NCBI GenBank assembly: GCA_020723325.1
Contig: DYJD01000027.1
Location: 15,697-79,696, forward strand
DNA: 64,000 bases
Reading direction: 5' to 3'
DNA from: Desulfosudis oleivorans
GTDB taxonomy: Bacteria > Desulfobacterota > Desulfobacteria > Desulfobacterales > SURF-7
Shown here: in pieces, positions 20,830-30,210 of the stretch
Position numbering within the stretch: position 1 is the stretch's first letter
Layout: each line of letters starts with the position of its first letter
Notes under the pieces: generated by a model
The model's input: only the letters and a program-made list of their open reading frames with translations
Told to the model about the DNA's origin: nothing
The model's database searches: none
Position numbers and translations under genes: made by a program

Positions 20830-21759
20830 TTGGACACCTTAAGGATAGGGTTGTTTTGTTACAAGGTAACAAACCGCATACTAAAAAAAACAGCTTGGCG
20901 GAACTAAATGAGGCAATTCAGTTCTTCGAGGACAACAAAAAAATGAAAGGAAATTTTGGGCGTTGCGACGCAAACTACGCGCCGCTGCTCTGCAGGGGCC
21001 AGGTCCCGGCAAACTACGCCGGGACTGGCGGCAAACTGCGCCGCCACCCCTGCGGCCGCTAACGCCGTGGCAGCATCTCCCTCCGAACCATTAACTTGGA
21101 CGTTGTTTTGCTAAGCTCCGGTCCAAGAACCTGGAAAACAATTCGGATGAAATCACTATTTTGAAAAGCCCTCCAATATGTCCATAAAACAGGGATGAAT
21201 TCCGGCAAAACCAACCGCCAAAAGGAACAGCTTCTTTTGGCAATTGGCTTTGCTATTCAGAATTCATTGAGTAGGTTGCTGGGACTGAATAAGGTATTCT
21301 GTCTGAATTTTTTTACTTCCCTTCTTAAGGGCGAAAGGGAAGTAAAAAATATTCATGTTTGATTTATTAAAGACTTCAAAACGCAAGGCGTTTAATCCTT
21401 CATTGCTTCGCTACAAGGTAGGAAATCTATATCGTTGTTTGTGGTAGTAATATCGCGCAAAGTTTGGATTAATAATGAATTAATTCATGATATTATGAAT
21501 ATTTAGCCGGCAATAAGTAATTGAATTTTTTGATAAAAATAAATGATAATTATTTTATAACTAATTGTAATTATTATTAAAAATATCTTAAATAATTTAT
21601 AAAAATAGTGATTATTTGCTTGACATATAATTACTAGTTAGCTATATTGTAATCAAAAAGACGGGAAACAAGAAGTAAAAAACCCGCCTCCTGGGCAAAC
21701 AGGAAAGCGGGTCAAGATTCCCCTTCAACCACTTCAAAGCCAAAAGGAGAATGACTATG
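20830..21759 (+). repeat. Leading-region expression module A
   Basis: Shares the palindrome, the triple hairpin (20959-21066), the AT-rich block and the promoter with modules B and C, and the UTR with B; middle part differs. Confidence 0.9.
21620..21648 (+). promoter_or_regulatory. Sigma70 promoter (module A)
   Basis: TTGACA-N17-TATATT with an ACTAGT-centred imperfect palindrome in the spacer. Confidence 0.85.
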
Positions 21760-22572
21760 TTTAGACCAAACCGTAACCGCCTGTCAAGCTATTTGCCACT
21801 GACCAACCAAGATATCCTTGATGCCGCCCCCTCTGTCGGTGCTGTATCGCCTCATGCCGAAGTATCCGACCGTTACCAAATGATCCCCACCATTGCCATC
21901 GTTGACATGATGAGAAAAGAAGGCTGGCAACCCATGCAGGTTTCTGAAGTAAGAGCCAAGGAAGAGGGGAGAAGGGGCTTTCAAAAACACCTTATCCGGT
22001 TTCAGCATAATGATTTGATTTTGGGTGATGAGGCCATTGACGCTGTTTTGGTAAATTCCCATGACCGCTCTTGCGCCTATCAGTTCTTTACCGGGGTTTA
22101 CCGGTTTATCTGCTCAAATGGTATGATTGTCGGCGATACCTTTGAAAGAATATCGATTCGCCACATGAACTTCCAGCCGGAGGAAGTCATTGAAGCAAGC
22201 TATAAAATTCTGGATGATGCACCGGCGATCGGTGAAAAAATCAAAGAAATGAAATCGATTGCCTTGACCGATGCAGAAAAGGCCGCCTATGCCGGCGCTG
22301 CCCTTCAATTGGTGTATGACGAGACGGACCAGGCGCCCTACAGGGCCGAAAAACTCCTATCCCCCAAACGCTCATATGACCGCGATCCCGACCTCTGGAA
22401 AACCTTTAATTCGGTGCAGGAAAATATCATGAAAGGTGGAATCCGCGGCTTGAATCCAAAAACCCGAAAACCAGTGACCACCCGACAAATCACCTCTATT
22501 GATAAAAATGTCAAACTGAATCGCGCCCTCTGGACCCTAACTGAAAAAATGATGGAGCTGAAACGCGGTTAA
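21751..22572 (+). CDS. DUF932/DUF945 family protein (YubP/YafZ-like, typical of leading regions)
   Basis: PLT...APSV...SDRYQMIPT...EGWQP...KHLIRF...NSHD...G.YRFICSNGMIVG...DLWKTFNSVQENIMKGG...LNRALW. Confidence 0.88.
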   Translation: MTMFRPNRNRLSSYLPLTNQDILDAAPSVGAVSPHAEVSDRYQMIPTIAIVDMMRKEGWQPMQVSEVRAKEEGRRGFQKHLIRFQHNDLILGDEAIDAVLVNSHDRSCAYQFFTGVYRFICSNGMIVGDTFERISIRHMNFQPEEVIEASYKILDDAPAIGEKIKEMKSIALTDAEKAAYAGAALQLVYDETDQAPYRAEKLLSPKRSYDRDPDLWKTFNSVQENIMKGGIRGLNPKTRKPVTTRQITSIDKNVKLNRALWTLTEKMMELKRG

Positions 22573-22580
22573 TTAAAGGA

Positions 22581-22602
22581 TTGCCCCTCTACGGAGGGGC
22601 AA
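22581..22602 (+). other. Stable RNA hairpin with a cUACGg tetraloop between co-oriented genes
   Basis: TTGCCCCTC-TACG-GAGGGGCAA; no U-tract. Confidence 0.5.
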
Positions 22603-22620
22603 CAAAAACGAGGTGATGAA

Positions 22621-22938
22621 ATGTCAAATCAAATAGCCCAAAACATACTTCTGCAACTTGGCGGAAATCGATTTAAGACAATGACAGGCGCAAAAAATTT
22701 TCTGGCAGGGGATAGCTATCTACTCTTTACAATCCCCAAATGCAACAAAGGCGGGATCAACTTGGTGATGATTTCGTTGAATGGTCTAGACCTTTACGAC
22801 ATGGCTTTTTTAAGGGTCAAAAAAAAACGTAATTCTATTGAATATGATCAACAGGTCATCGCTGAAGTTAAAAATATTTACTTCGATATGTTGCAAACAA
22901 TTTTTACCGAACAGACCGGGCTTTATACTCACTTATGA
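22621..22938 (+). CDS. Hypothetical protein of a phage/plasmid-type family
   Basis: GAGGTG RBS; IAQNILLQLGGNRFKTMTGAKNF...DLYDM.F...FTEQTGLYTHL. Confidence 0.75.
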   Translation: MSNQIAQNILLQLGGNRFKTMTGAKNFLAGDSYLLFTIPKCNKGGINLVMISLNGLDLYDMAFLRVKKKRNSIEYDQQVIAEVKNIYFDMLQTIFTEQTGLYTHL

Positions 22939-22947
22939 GGTGACGAT

Positions 22948-23217
22948 ATGATGTTTGAATTGGATGAAATTTTACATTGTGTAAGCCTGCTGAATGACAA
23001 CAATGAAGGAAGGGCGGAATACAATTTTATTAGAGCAATAAGCCTGCCGCGTGTTGGAAATAAAGGAGTAGTGACCCTTGATCGAGTCGGCGAAGCGACT
23101 AAGACCATCTGTCAAATGACACGAATATCAAAGGACCCTGAATGCTGGGAAGTAGAAGGAGGAAACGACTTTTTCAGAAGGCTTTTTTATGAACGCATAC
23201 AGGCGGTAAAGCGATAG
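22948..23217 (+). CDS. Hypothetical protein
   Basis: GAGGTG RBS; followed by the hairpin AAGCCCCT-N6-AGGGGCTT. Confidence 0.6.
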   Translation: MMFELDEILHCVSLLNDNNEGRAEYNFIRAISLPRVGNKGVVTLDRVGEATKTICQMTRISKDPECWEVEGGNDFFRRLFYERIQAVKR

Positions 23218-23373
23218 TAAAAAAAGAAGCCCCTTGTTGGAGGGGCTTTACTCTAATAAAATGGGAGAATCTATCATGGGAATTGGAGCTTATAATCGGG
23301 GTTCAAACGGTATCCGTCAAAGAATTAATTAGGTTATGGTCAATTTTAATACCGCGATTTGACTATTTTTTTA

Positions 23374-23402
23374 TTGACTTTTATACTAAATTTTAGTATA
23401 GA
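23374..23402 (+). promoter_or_regulatory. TA promoter with autoregulatory operator
   Basis: TTGACT plus the palindrome TATACTAAA-T-TTTAGTATA. Confidence 0.65.
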
Positions 23403-23408
23403 TTCCCT

Positions 23409-23687
23409 ATGAACTGGAAAATTACTGTAACAAAAAAAGTTCAAAAACAAATAGATTGCCTCCCAGAGCAGGCAAGAAAAAACCTTGCCCTTTTGGCAAA
23501 AGAAATGGAAAGCTATGGGCCGATTAGGGGTAACTGGCCTAATTACAGCCCATTAAAAGGTAACCGACACCATTGCCATATAAAAAAGGGCAGGCCAACC
23601 TATGTTGCAGTATGGGAAATAATAAATAAAGAAATTAGAATAATTGAGGTCATTTATGCAGGTACACACGAAAAAGCGCCGTACTGA
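23409..23687 (+). CDS. RelE/HigB-like toxin
   Basis: 92 aa; WKITVTKKVQKQI..LP...NWPNYSPL...HHCH...YAGTHEKAPY; upstream of an XRE gene. Confidence 0.8.
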   Translation: MNWKITVTKKVQKQIDCLPEQARKNLALLAKEMESYGPIRGNWPNYSPLKGNRHHCHIKKGRPTYVAVWEIINKEIRIIEVIYAGTHEKAPY

Positions 23688-24006
23688 AAGAATTGAATTG
23701 CGATTTGTCGGACCAAGCGACAAGCAGCAAAATGCTATAGATCTTTTAAAGCCACTTGGCTTTTTGAGTGTTACGGATTCAATCCCTTGGCGGGAAGCAT
23801 TCCCTTATTCTAAAGAGGCCCTGCCGGGCGTCTGTCTATCAGGAGCAAGAAGCAAGGAAGGTATTACTCAGCAAGAGCTGTCAAGGCTAACCGGGATTCC
23901 TCAACGGCACATTTCCGAGATGGAACACGGAAAACGGCCTATCGGAAAGGAAAATGCAAAGAAGCTGGGGAAGGCCCTTAATGTCGGTTATAAGGTTTTT
24001 TTATAG
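23656..24006 (+). CDS. HigA-like XRE antitoxin
   Basis: ARSKEGITQQELSRLTGIPQRHISEMEHGKRPIGKENAKKLGKAL. Confidence 0.82.
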   Translation: MQVHTKKRRTERIELRFVGPSDKQQNAIDLLKPLGFLSVTDSIPWREAFPYSKEALPGVCLSGARSKEGITQQELSRLTGIPQRHISEMEHGKRPIGKENAKKLGKALNVGYKVFL

Positions 24007-24058
24007 CCATCATATTTATAGCCCAGAATTGCTGGTTTTCAGCAAAGCCAAGGCAGCG

Positions 24059-24317
24059 TGCAGCCATTTTGCGCTCCGCCTCCCTAGCCTAAACCTTTGC
24101 AATAAGACCTCGACTTTGAATCTAACAGAGCGCAAATTTGCCGGCACGGCCCACCCTGCAAAGGGTGTTTTTATTCCATACAAGAATCTATCGCCTACCA
24201 GGCATTAAGCCAATTTGTCGTTCCCACGCCCCGGCGGGCGCAAAATGGCTGCAACAAGGTGTTCCATCAAAAAATTTAAATTCGCTGCGCTAACAATCTT
24301 GCGCGAGGACGCGCTTT
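24059..24317. repeat. Long stem-loop element copy 1 (Frpo/ssi-like)
   Basis: TGCAGCCATTTTGCGC...GCGCAAAATGGCTGCA arms (24059-24253); homologous to 33592-33850. Confidence 0.75.
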
Positions 24318-24434
24318 GTATTCCTTCCCGCCCTCCACCCATATAAACCCGGCCGGATACGGCCGGGTCCCTTCTTCGAAGTTTAAATAAATATATGGAC
24401 ACCTGGGCACCTCAGTAATTAAATAACAGGGAAG

Positions 24435-24680
24435 GCAGATAACCGAATCCTCTATCCGAATAACCGAATACCCGGATAATCGGATAACCGAATCACCGAA
24501 TAACCGAGCAGATAACCGAATAACCGAATCACCGGATAACCGAGCAGATAGCCGAATAACCGAATACCCGGATAACCGGATAACCGAATCGCCGGATATC
24601 CAAAACACCTATAAACAATTCAATTTACCGCCCATAGATTATACAAAAAAACCATCCGACCTTAACAAAGCACAATATGA
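24435..24680 (+). repeat. Inverted copy of 19239-19484 (internal rep iteron segment)
   Basis: Reverse complement matches over 246 bp; identical shadow-ORF translations. Confidence 0.9.
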
Positions 24681-25532
24681 TCGGACAAGCGACGGGTGCT
24701 TGATCTTGTTACAAGGTAACTAATATTTCAGAAGCACCAGACAACAATATAGGAACAGCATAGGGACAGTATGTTGAAACTCATGCCGGCAAAGCCAGGG
24801 GCTCTTACATGAAAACTGATTTTGGGCGTTGCGGCGCAAACTACGCGCCGCCGCTCTGCAGGGGCCAGGTCCCGGCAAACTACGCCGGGACCTGGCGGCA
24901 AACTGCGCCGCCACCCCTGCGGCCGCTAACGCCGTGGGACCGCCTCCCTTCCGAACCATTACCTTGGACGTTGTTTTGCTAAGCTCCGAACCAAGGACCT
25001 GGAAAATAATACAGCAGCAGGCTTTCAGCACTGCATTAGCTCGGGCTTACAGCACCGAGCATTATTGCTTGCGTTCCGCAATGCGTAATGAAAGCCACCA
25101 ACGCCCAGAAACCCAGGTGGGGCCTCCATTGCCGTGCAAGATTGTAATGCCAAAGACCACAGGCCATTAATTTTTAGGTAAGCCGATAGTCACGTTCTTT
25201 ATCATTTCAAAGGATATTGATTACAGTTTGACTACTTCAGCTCGGCTGTTAAAGAGAAAAAATAACCCGCAAAGGCCATTCCAGGGTAGCAAGGCAGCTA
25301 TTGGGGGATAAGCCGCTTTAGGGCTATATAGGAAAGTTATAGTTATTTTTATATGGTATATTTTTGGATATAGTTATTGCATTAATAATGAATTGATTCA
25401 TTATATTATGAATATTTGGCCAACAATAAGTAATTGGATTTTTTGATAAAAATAAATTATAGTTATTTTATAACTAATTGTAAATATTATTAAAAACCGC
25501 TTAAAATATTAATAAAAATAATACTTTTTTGC

Positions 25533-25561
25533 TTGACATATAATTACTAGTTAGCTATATT
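25533..25561 (+). promoter_or_regulatory. Sigma70 promoter (module B)
   Basis: Identical TTGACATATAATTACTAGTTAGCTATATT. Confidence 0.85.
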
Positions 25562-25663
25562 GAAATCAAAAAGACGGGAAACAAGAAGTAAAAAACCCGC
25601 CTCCTGGGCAAACAGGAAAGCGGGTCAAGATTCCCCTTCAACCACTTCAAAGCCAAAAGGAGA

Positions 25664-27526
25664 ATGACTATGCCTACCACTTCTGAAAAAAATTTACAAG
25701 CCGAATACACCGCAACCTATAGCCCGGAAGATAACAAACTTCGGCTCTACTCTTTGCACCGGCTGGACACAGAAACCTATTCCCGCCTTAAGGCCGCCGG
25801 TTTCAAATGGGCTCCAAAACAACAGCTTTTTGTTGCCCCCATGTGGACCCCGGGGCGTTACGATTTACTTGTTGAATTGTGCGGAGAAGTCGGAGACGAA
25901 GATACAAGCTTAGTTGAACGGCAACAGGAAAGGGCGGACCGGTTTGAAGGGTACAGCGAAAACCGTTTGCAAGATGCCCATGCCGCTAAAGCGGCCGTGG
26001 ATGCCATTGCCGACCATATACCCTTTGGGCAGCCGATCCTTGTTGGACATCATAGCGAAAGACACGCCCGGAAACATGCCCAAAAAATCGAAAACGGCAT
26101 GCGCAAGGCGGTTAAAATGTGGGAAACCTCCCAATATTGGAAAGACCGGGCCGTTGGGGCCTTGTGTCATGCGCAATACAAGGAAAGTCCCAGAGTCAGG
26201 GCCAACCGGATCAGAACAATCGAGGCCGATAGGAGAAAGGCCACGAGAGAGAGGGACGAATTCCGGGCACGCTTCAATTCTTGGTTAAATCCGACAGTCC
26301 CATTTAATCTATCGTCGGCCATGGCGATCACAGCAGGCAGCTATTCCGCTTTCAAATTCCCGCTGGACCGATATCCGCGAGAAGCACCGAAAAGCCAATA
26401 TGAGGGCGAAATGTCTTTATATAGGGCATTGGAAGAGGGGATTATCACGCCACGACAGGCCCGCAACCTGCATGTCCCCGTATTGGTCAGGACAATAAAA
26501 AACCGTGAACGCTGGATAGCCCACTATGAAAACCGCCTCATTTATGAGCGGGCCATGTTGGAAGAGCAGGGGGCAAGCGATTTACTTAAGCCCAAAGAAA
26601 GGCCTAAACAATTACCCCTTTTGAATTATCGCCAACCCGAAGGGTTTATGATTGAAAACATTTACCGCAAAGGGGAATCCAGTCTTTACCCACAGGTGGA
26701 AATGACAAAGGCGGAATTTGCCAAAATTTACCAGGATTACAAGGGTACTCGAATTGTAGAAAATTCCCACAGGGTACGGTTTGCAGTGCTACAAAACCAT
26801 AAAAGAGCGATCATTTTTTTAACTGACAGCAAAGTACATGAAAAGCCGGAGCCGGTTGTTAAGCCGGAACCAAAACCCCTGGCAATTGCGATGCAGATTA
26901 ATTCAAGCCCGGATTACCCAACAAGAGAGCGGACCCAGTTTGACGATATGAAAAACACCTTGAAAAATGGTGGTGTTCAAATCGTATCCGCTCCGCAGCT
27001 TTTCCCCACACCGCCGGAACTGGCAAGGCGTATGGCCAGGGAGGCGGGGATACTAGCAGGAAGGCGGATTCTTGAACCATCCGCAGGGACCGGAAACCTT
27101 GTATCGGCAGCAATAAATGCCGCTTCTGGGGCTGATTGCTGCCGAATTGTCGCCGTTGAAATAAATGCCGCCCTTGTCGGCGAATTGCGAAATATGAGAG
27201 ACAAAACGCTTTATGCAAATGGCCACAACTTCGAAATTAAACATGCCGATTTTCTGGACTGCAACGGCGACCTTTTGAAATTTGACCGGATCATCATGAA
27301 CCCACCCTTTGAAAACGGGGCCGATATAAAACATATCAAGCATGCCATGAGCTTTCTCAAGGAAGGGGGCCGCCTGGTGGCACTTTGCGCGAACGGGCCA
27401 CGCCAACGGGATCAACTGAAACCGATCGCCGAAGAAAGTGGCGGATTCTGGGAGGACCTCCCGGCCGGAACTTTCAAAAATGCCGGCACCAATGTAAACA
27501 CGGCCCTTTTGGTCATTGAAAATTAA
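25664..27526 (+). CDS. DUF3560 domain protein fused to a SAM-dependent (probably N6-adenine DNA) methyltransferase
   Basis: N-terminal ATYSPEDNKLRLY...IPFGQPILVGHHSERHAR; C-terminal LFPTP..ILEPSAGTG...IIMNPPF. Confidence 0.85.
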   Translation: MTMPTTSEKNLQAEYTATYSPEDNKLRLYSLHRLDTETYSRLKAAGFKWAPKQQLFVAPMWTPGRYDLLVELCGEVGDEDTSLVERQQERADRFEGYSENRLQDAHAAKAAVDAIADHIPFGQPILVGHHSERHARKHAQKIENGMRKAVKMWETSQYWKDRAVGALCHAQYKESPRVRANRIRTIEADRRKATRERDEFRARFNSWLNPTVPFNLSSAMAITAGSYSAFKFPLDRYPREAPKSQYEGEMSLYRALEEGIITPRQARNLHVPVLVRTIKNRERWIAHYENRLIYERAMLEEQGASDLLKPKERPKQLPLLNYRQPEGFMIENIYRKGESSLYPQVEMTKAEFAKIYQDYKGTRIVENSHRVRFAVLQNHKRAIIFLTDSKVHEKPEPVVKPEPKPLAIAMQINSSPDYPTRERTQFDDMKNTLKNGGVQIVSAPQLFPTPPELARRMAREAGILAGRRILEPSAGTGNLVSAAINAASGADCCRIVAVEINAALVGELRNMRDKTLYANGHNFEIKHADFLDCNGDLLKFDRIIMNPPFENGADIKHIKHAMSFLKEGGRLVALCANGPRQRDQLKPIAEESGGFWEDLPAGTFKNAGTNVNTALLVIEN

Positions 27527-27565
27527 GTTAAGGCCCTGCAGCGTTCTGCTCTGCAGGGCAAATCA

Positions 27566-27913
27566 ATGGAGGAAAACATGGAAACAACGCTTGACCAGAT
27601 TAAAAGATATTCAGGTGGAAAAGATATCGCGGTGCTTGCCCCGCTTAATCATGATATCAATGATATATCGGTCTTTCTGCATGGGGTGCCCTTGCCTGAT
27701 AGTATTAGTAGGCAACCGTATACAAAAGACCCTGACCTCATGCCGATTCTGCATGAAATAAATGCCGCAAATGAAGGCGTTTTCAAGCGCATAAACATTG
27801 AGGGAATCCGGAGAAAACTGTTATATCTGAAATTCTTACAGAGTGGCGGAGCTTCGATTCATTTGTATTTAATCGAACCGGCAAAAGGATTTGGGCCGGA
27901 ATTGGATGAATAA
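27566..27913 (+). CDS. Hypothetical protein
   Basis: GGAGG RBS before the internal ATG at 27578; co-oriented with neighbours. Confidence 0.6.
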   Translation: MEENMETTLDQIKRYSGGKDIAVLAPLNHDINDISVFLHGVPLPDSISRQPYTKDPDLMPILHEINAANEGVFKRINIEGIRRKLLYLKFLQSGGASIHLYLIEPAKGFGPELDE

Positions 27914-28165
27914 AAAAGAAAGCTCGCGACCTGGTGCAACGGCAAAGCGAGTCGAACCCCAAATTGATCGCAAAAGAAGGAAAACATAAAATGAATATCA
28001 CTACAGATAAAAGAAAGCCTAAAGGAACAATAAACCATAACCCAAAAGAAAAAAAAGTCAGCTTTTGAAGGCCTTGACGAATTACCCATGGGCTAATCGT
28101 TATTAGATACTTGAACTCTATGGCCCCGAGCCGAGACAGCCGAACAGTAAAGGAGAAATTTTGAA

Positions 28166-28330
28166 ATGAAAGCAAACGCGGAACATTTTTTTAAAGCCAT
28201 TGAACATTGCTTGAAGTGCAGGTTTACAAAGGCGCAGGCTATGATAATGAGCCGTGGATTTTCGAGAAGAGGGTTTATTGATGCCAGCGAAGGGTGCATG
28301 CATTACGCGCTGATGTTATTTGAAGGCTAA
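28166..28330 (+). CDS. Small hypothetical protein (54 aa, not in the ORF track)
   Basis: AAGGAG RBS; MKANAEHFFKAIEHCLKCRF...LFEG; followed by the hairpin ACCCGGCTC-N4-GAGCCGGGT. Confidence 0.5.
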   Translation: MKANAEHFFKAIEHCLKCRFTKAQAMIMSRGFSRRGFIDASEGCMHYALMLFEG

Positions 28331-28403
28331 CCTGGTTGCAAAACGTGAAATGAGCCCCAGCAAAATCAGAAACCATAAAACCCGGCTCGCTTGAGCCGGG
28401 TCA

Positions 28404-29428
28404 TCCCCGCCCACCCACCCAGAGGAACCCGGCCGTATCCGGCCGGGTTCCTTCTTTGCTCAAGCTTAATTAAAAATATGGACACCAAGACACCTGGATA
28501 CCTGGACACCTAAATTACCAAATAGCAGGGCTATCGGACAAGCGGCGGGAGTTTGATCTTGTTACAAGGTAACTAATATTTCAGGAGCAGCAGAGAACAA
28601 TATAGAAACAGCATAGGGACAGTATAGGTTGAAACTCATACCGGCAAAGCCAGGGGCTCTTACATGAAAACTGATTTTGGGCGTTGCGGCGCAAACTACG
28701 CGCCGCCGCTCTGCAGGGGCCAGGTCCCGGCAAACTACGCCGGGACTGGCGGCAAACTGCGCCGCCACCCCTGCGGCCGCTAACGCCGTGGCTGCATCTC
28801 CCTCTGTACCATCGCCTTGGACGTTGTTTTACTAAGCTCCGAAGCAAGGACCTGGAAAATAATACAGCAGCAGGTTTTCAGCACTGCATTAGTTCGGGCT
28901 TACAGCACCGCGCATTATTGCTTGCGTTCCGCAATGCGTAATGAAAGCCACCAACGCCCATAAACCCAGGTGGGGCCTCCATTGCCGTGCAAGATTGTAA
29001 TGCCAAAGACCACAGGCCATTAATTTTTAGGTAAGCCGATAGTCACGTTCTTTATCATTTCAAAGGATATTGATTACAGTTTGACTACTTCAGCTCGGCT
29101 GTTAAAGAGAAAAAATAACCCGCAAAGGCCATTCCAGGGTAGCAAGGCAGCTATTGGGGGATAAGCCGCTTTAGGGCTATATAGGAAAGTTATAGTTATT
29201 TTTATATGGTATATTTTTGGATATAGTTATTGCATTAATAATGAATCGATTCATTATATTATGAATATTTGGCCAACAATAAGTAATTGAATTTTTTGAT
29301 AAAAATAAATTATAGCTATTTTATAACCAATTGTAAATATTATTTAAAACGTCTTAAAATATTAATAAAAATAATGCTTTTTTGCTTGACATATAATTAC
29401 TAGTTAGCTATATTGTAATCAAAAAGAC
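28404..29428 (+). repeat. Leading-region expression module C
   Basis: CCCGGCCG hairpin, GGACACC octamers, palindrome, triple hairpin (28680-28787), AT-rich block, promoter. Confidence 0.92.
29386..29414 (+). promoter_or_regulatory. Sigma70 promoter (module C)
   Basis: Identical TTGACA-N17-TATATT. Confidence 0.85.
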
Positions 29429-29447
29429 AGGAGACAGGAGACAGGAA

Positions 29448-29753
29448 ATGAGAAAAAGACAAATGCAAACGTACTGCACACAAAATAATGGTGATTGTCG
29501 GACATGCGCACTAGTAAATCACGGCCGCGACTGCCGAAACAATCTGATTGCAAAACGTGAAGAGATTTGTGCATCATGTGGCCTGCCGGCGGATAATTGC
29601 AGGTGTGACAACCATATAGAAATTTTATCGAATTATTGCCAATGTGGAGAAGTGGTTTGGTGTTGTCCCGCGCATTCGCCAAATTATTATGCTTCTGATA
29701 GAGCTATTTATCTTGCTGCCCGTGCGAAAATAGCCGACCAAATACCTTTCTAA
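29448..29753 (+). CDS. Cys-rich, probably Zn-binding, hypothetical protein
   Basis: CTQNNGDCRTC..C, CASC, CRC, CQC, CC motifs; first gene after promoter C. Confidence 0.65.
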   Translation: MRKRQMQTYCTQNNGDCRTCALVNHGRDCRNNLIAKREEICASCGLPADNCRCDNHIEILSNYCQCGEVVWCCPAHSPNYYASDRAIYLAARAKIADQIPF

Positions 29754-29768
29754 AAATGAGAGGGCAAC

Positions 29769-30140
29769 ATGGAAATTAAATTCAGCCAAAAATACACCTT
29801 AACAAGGGAACATCCTGCATCACATTATGGTGCTGGAGTTCTGCTCGATACCGAAACCGGTATTGTTTACGGCCCGAGTGATGTTTTGCCGCCTAATCCA
29901 TTGGGCAGTAAAATGCTTGGCGTTGAAATTAAAGTAGAAGCTGGATATTTTATCGTTTCGAATGTATGCCATCCAACTGTTGCCTCTTTAAATCATCGAT
30001 ACTCGGGAGATCAATTGGGTTTCATACGCAGGTATCTTTCCCAAGATCCGTCCGGGCGCTTTGAATTGCCCGATAATGAAACCCTCACTCAATATTGGCG
30101 AGAGGCGGAAGAAAGAAACGACGCGGAAAACAAGCTGTGA
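29769..30140 (+). CDS. Hypothetical protein
   Basis: GAGAGG RBS; operonic. Confidence 0.65.
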   Translation: MEIKFSQKYTLTREHPASHYGAGVLLDTETGIVYGPSDVLPPNPLGSKMLGVEIKVEAGYFIVSNVCHPTVASLNHRYSGDQLGFIRRYLSQDPSGRFELPDNETLTQYWREAEERNDAENKL

Positions 30141-30210
30141 AAAATGAACCGCAGCTCGAAAGTGCGCTGAAGAAACTTAAAATTTTACTTCCGGCCCGAA
30201 GGAGATTCTT

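Larger units (their letters stand above)
24325..25672 (+). repeat. Leading-region expression module B (contains a 246-bp rep-derived insert)
   Basis: Near-identical to module C over about 24681-25574; UTR identical to module A. Confidence 0.92.

Noticed and set aside
21690-21712. GGCAAAC...GAAA looks like the start of a c-di-GMP-I riboswitch
   Set aside because: The second GCAAA motif and P3 stem are absent; it folds as a simple hairpin
24435-24680. DGR template/variable repeat pair with the rep gene
   Set aside because: No adenine-specific differences seen and no reverse transcriptase in the window
24720-25170. ORFs across the GC-rich module core (also 20856-21062 and 28562-28941)
   Set aside because: Indels between copies shift the frames while the hairpins are preserved, so the element is non-coding
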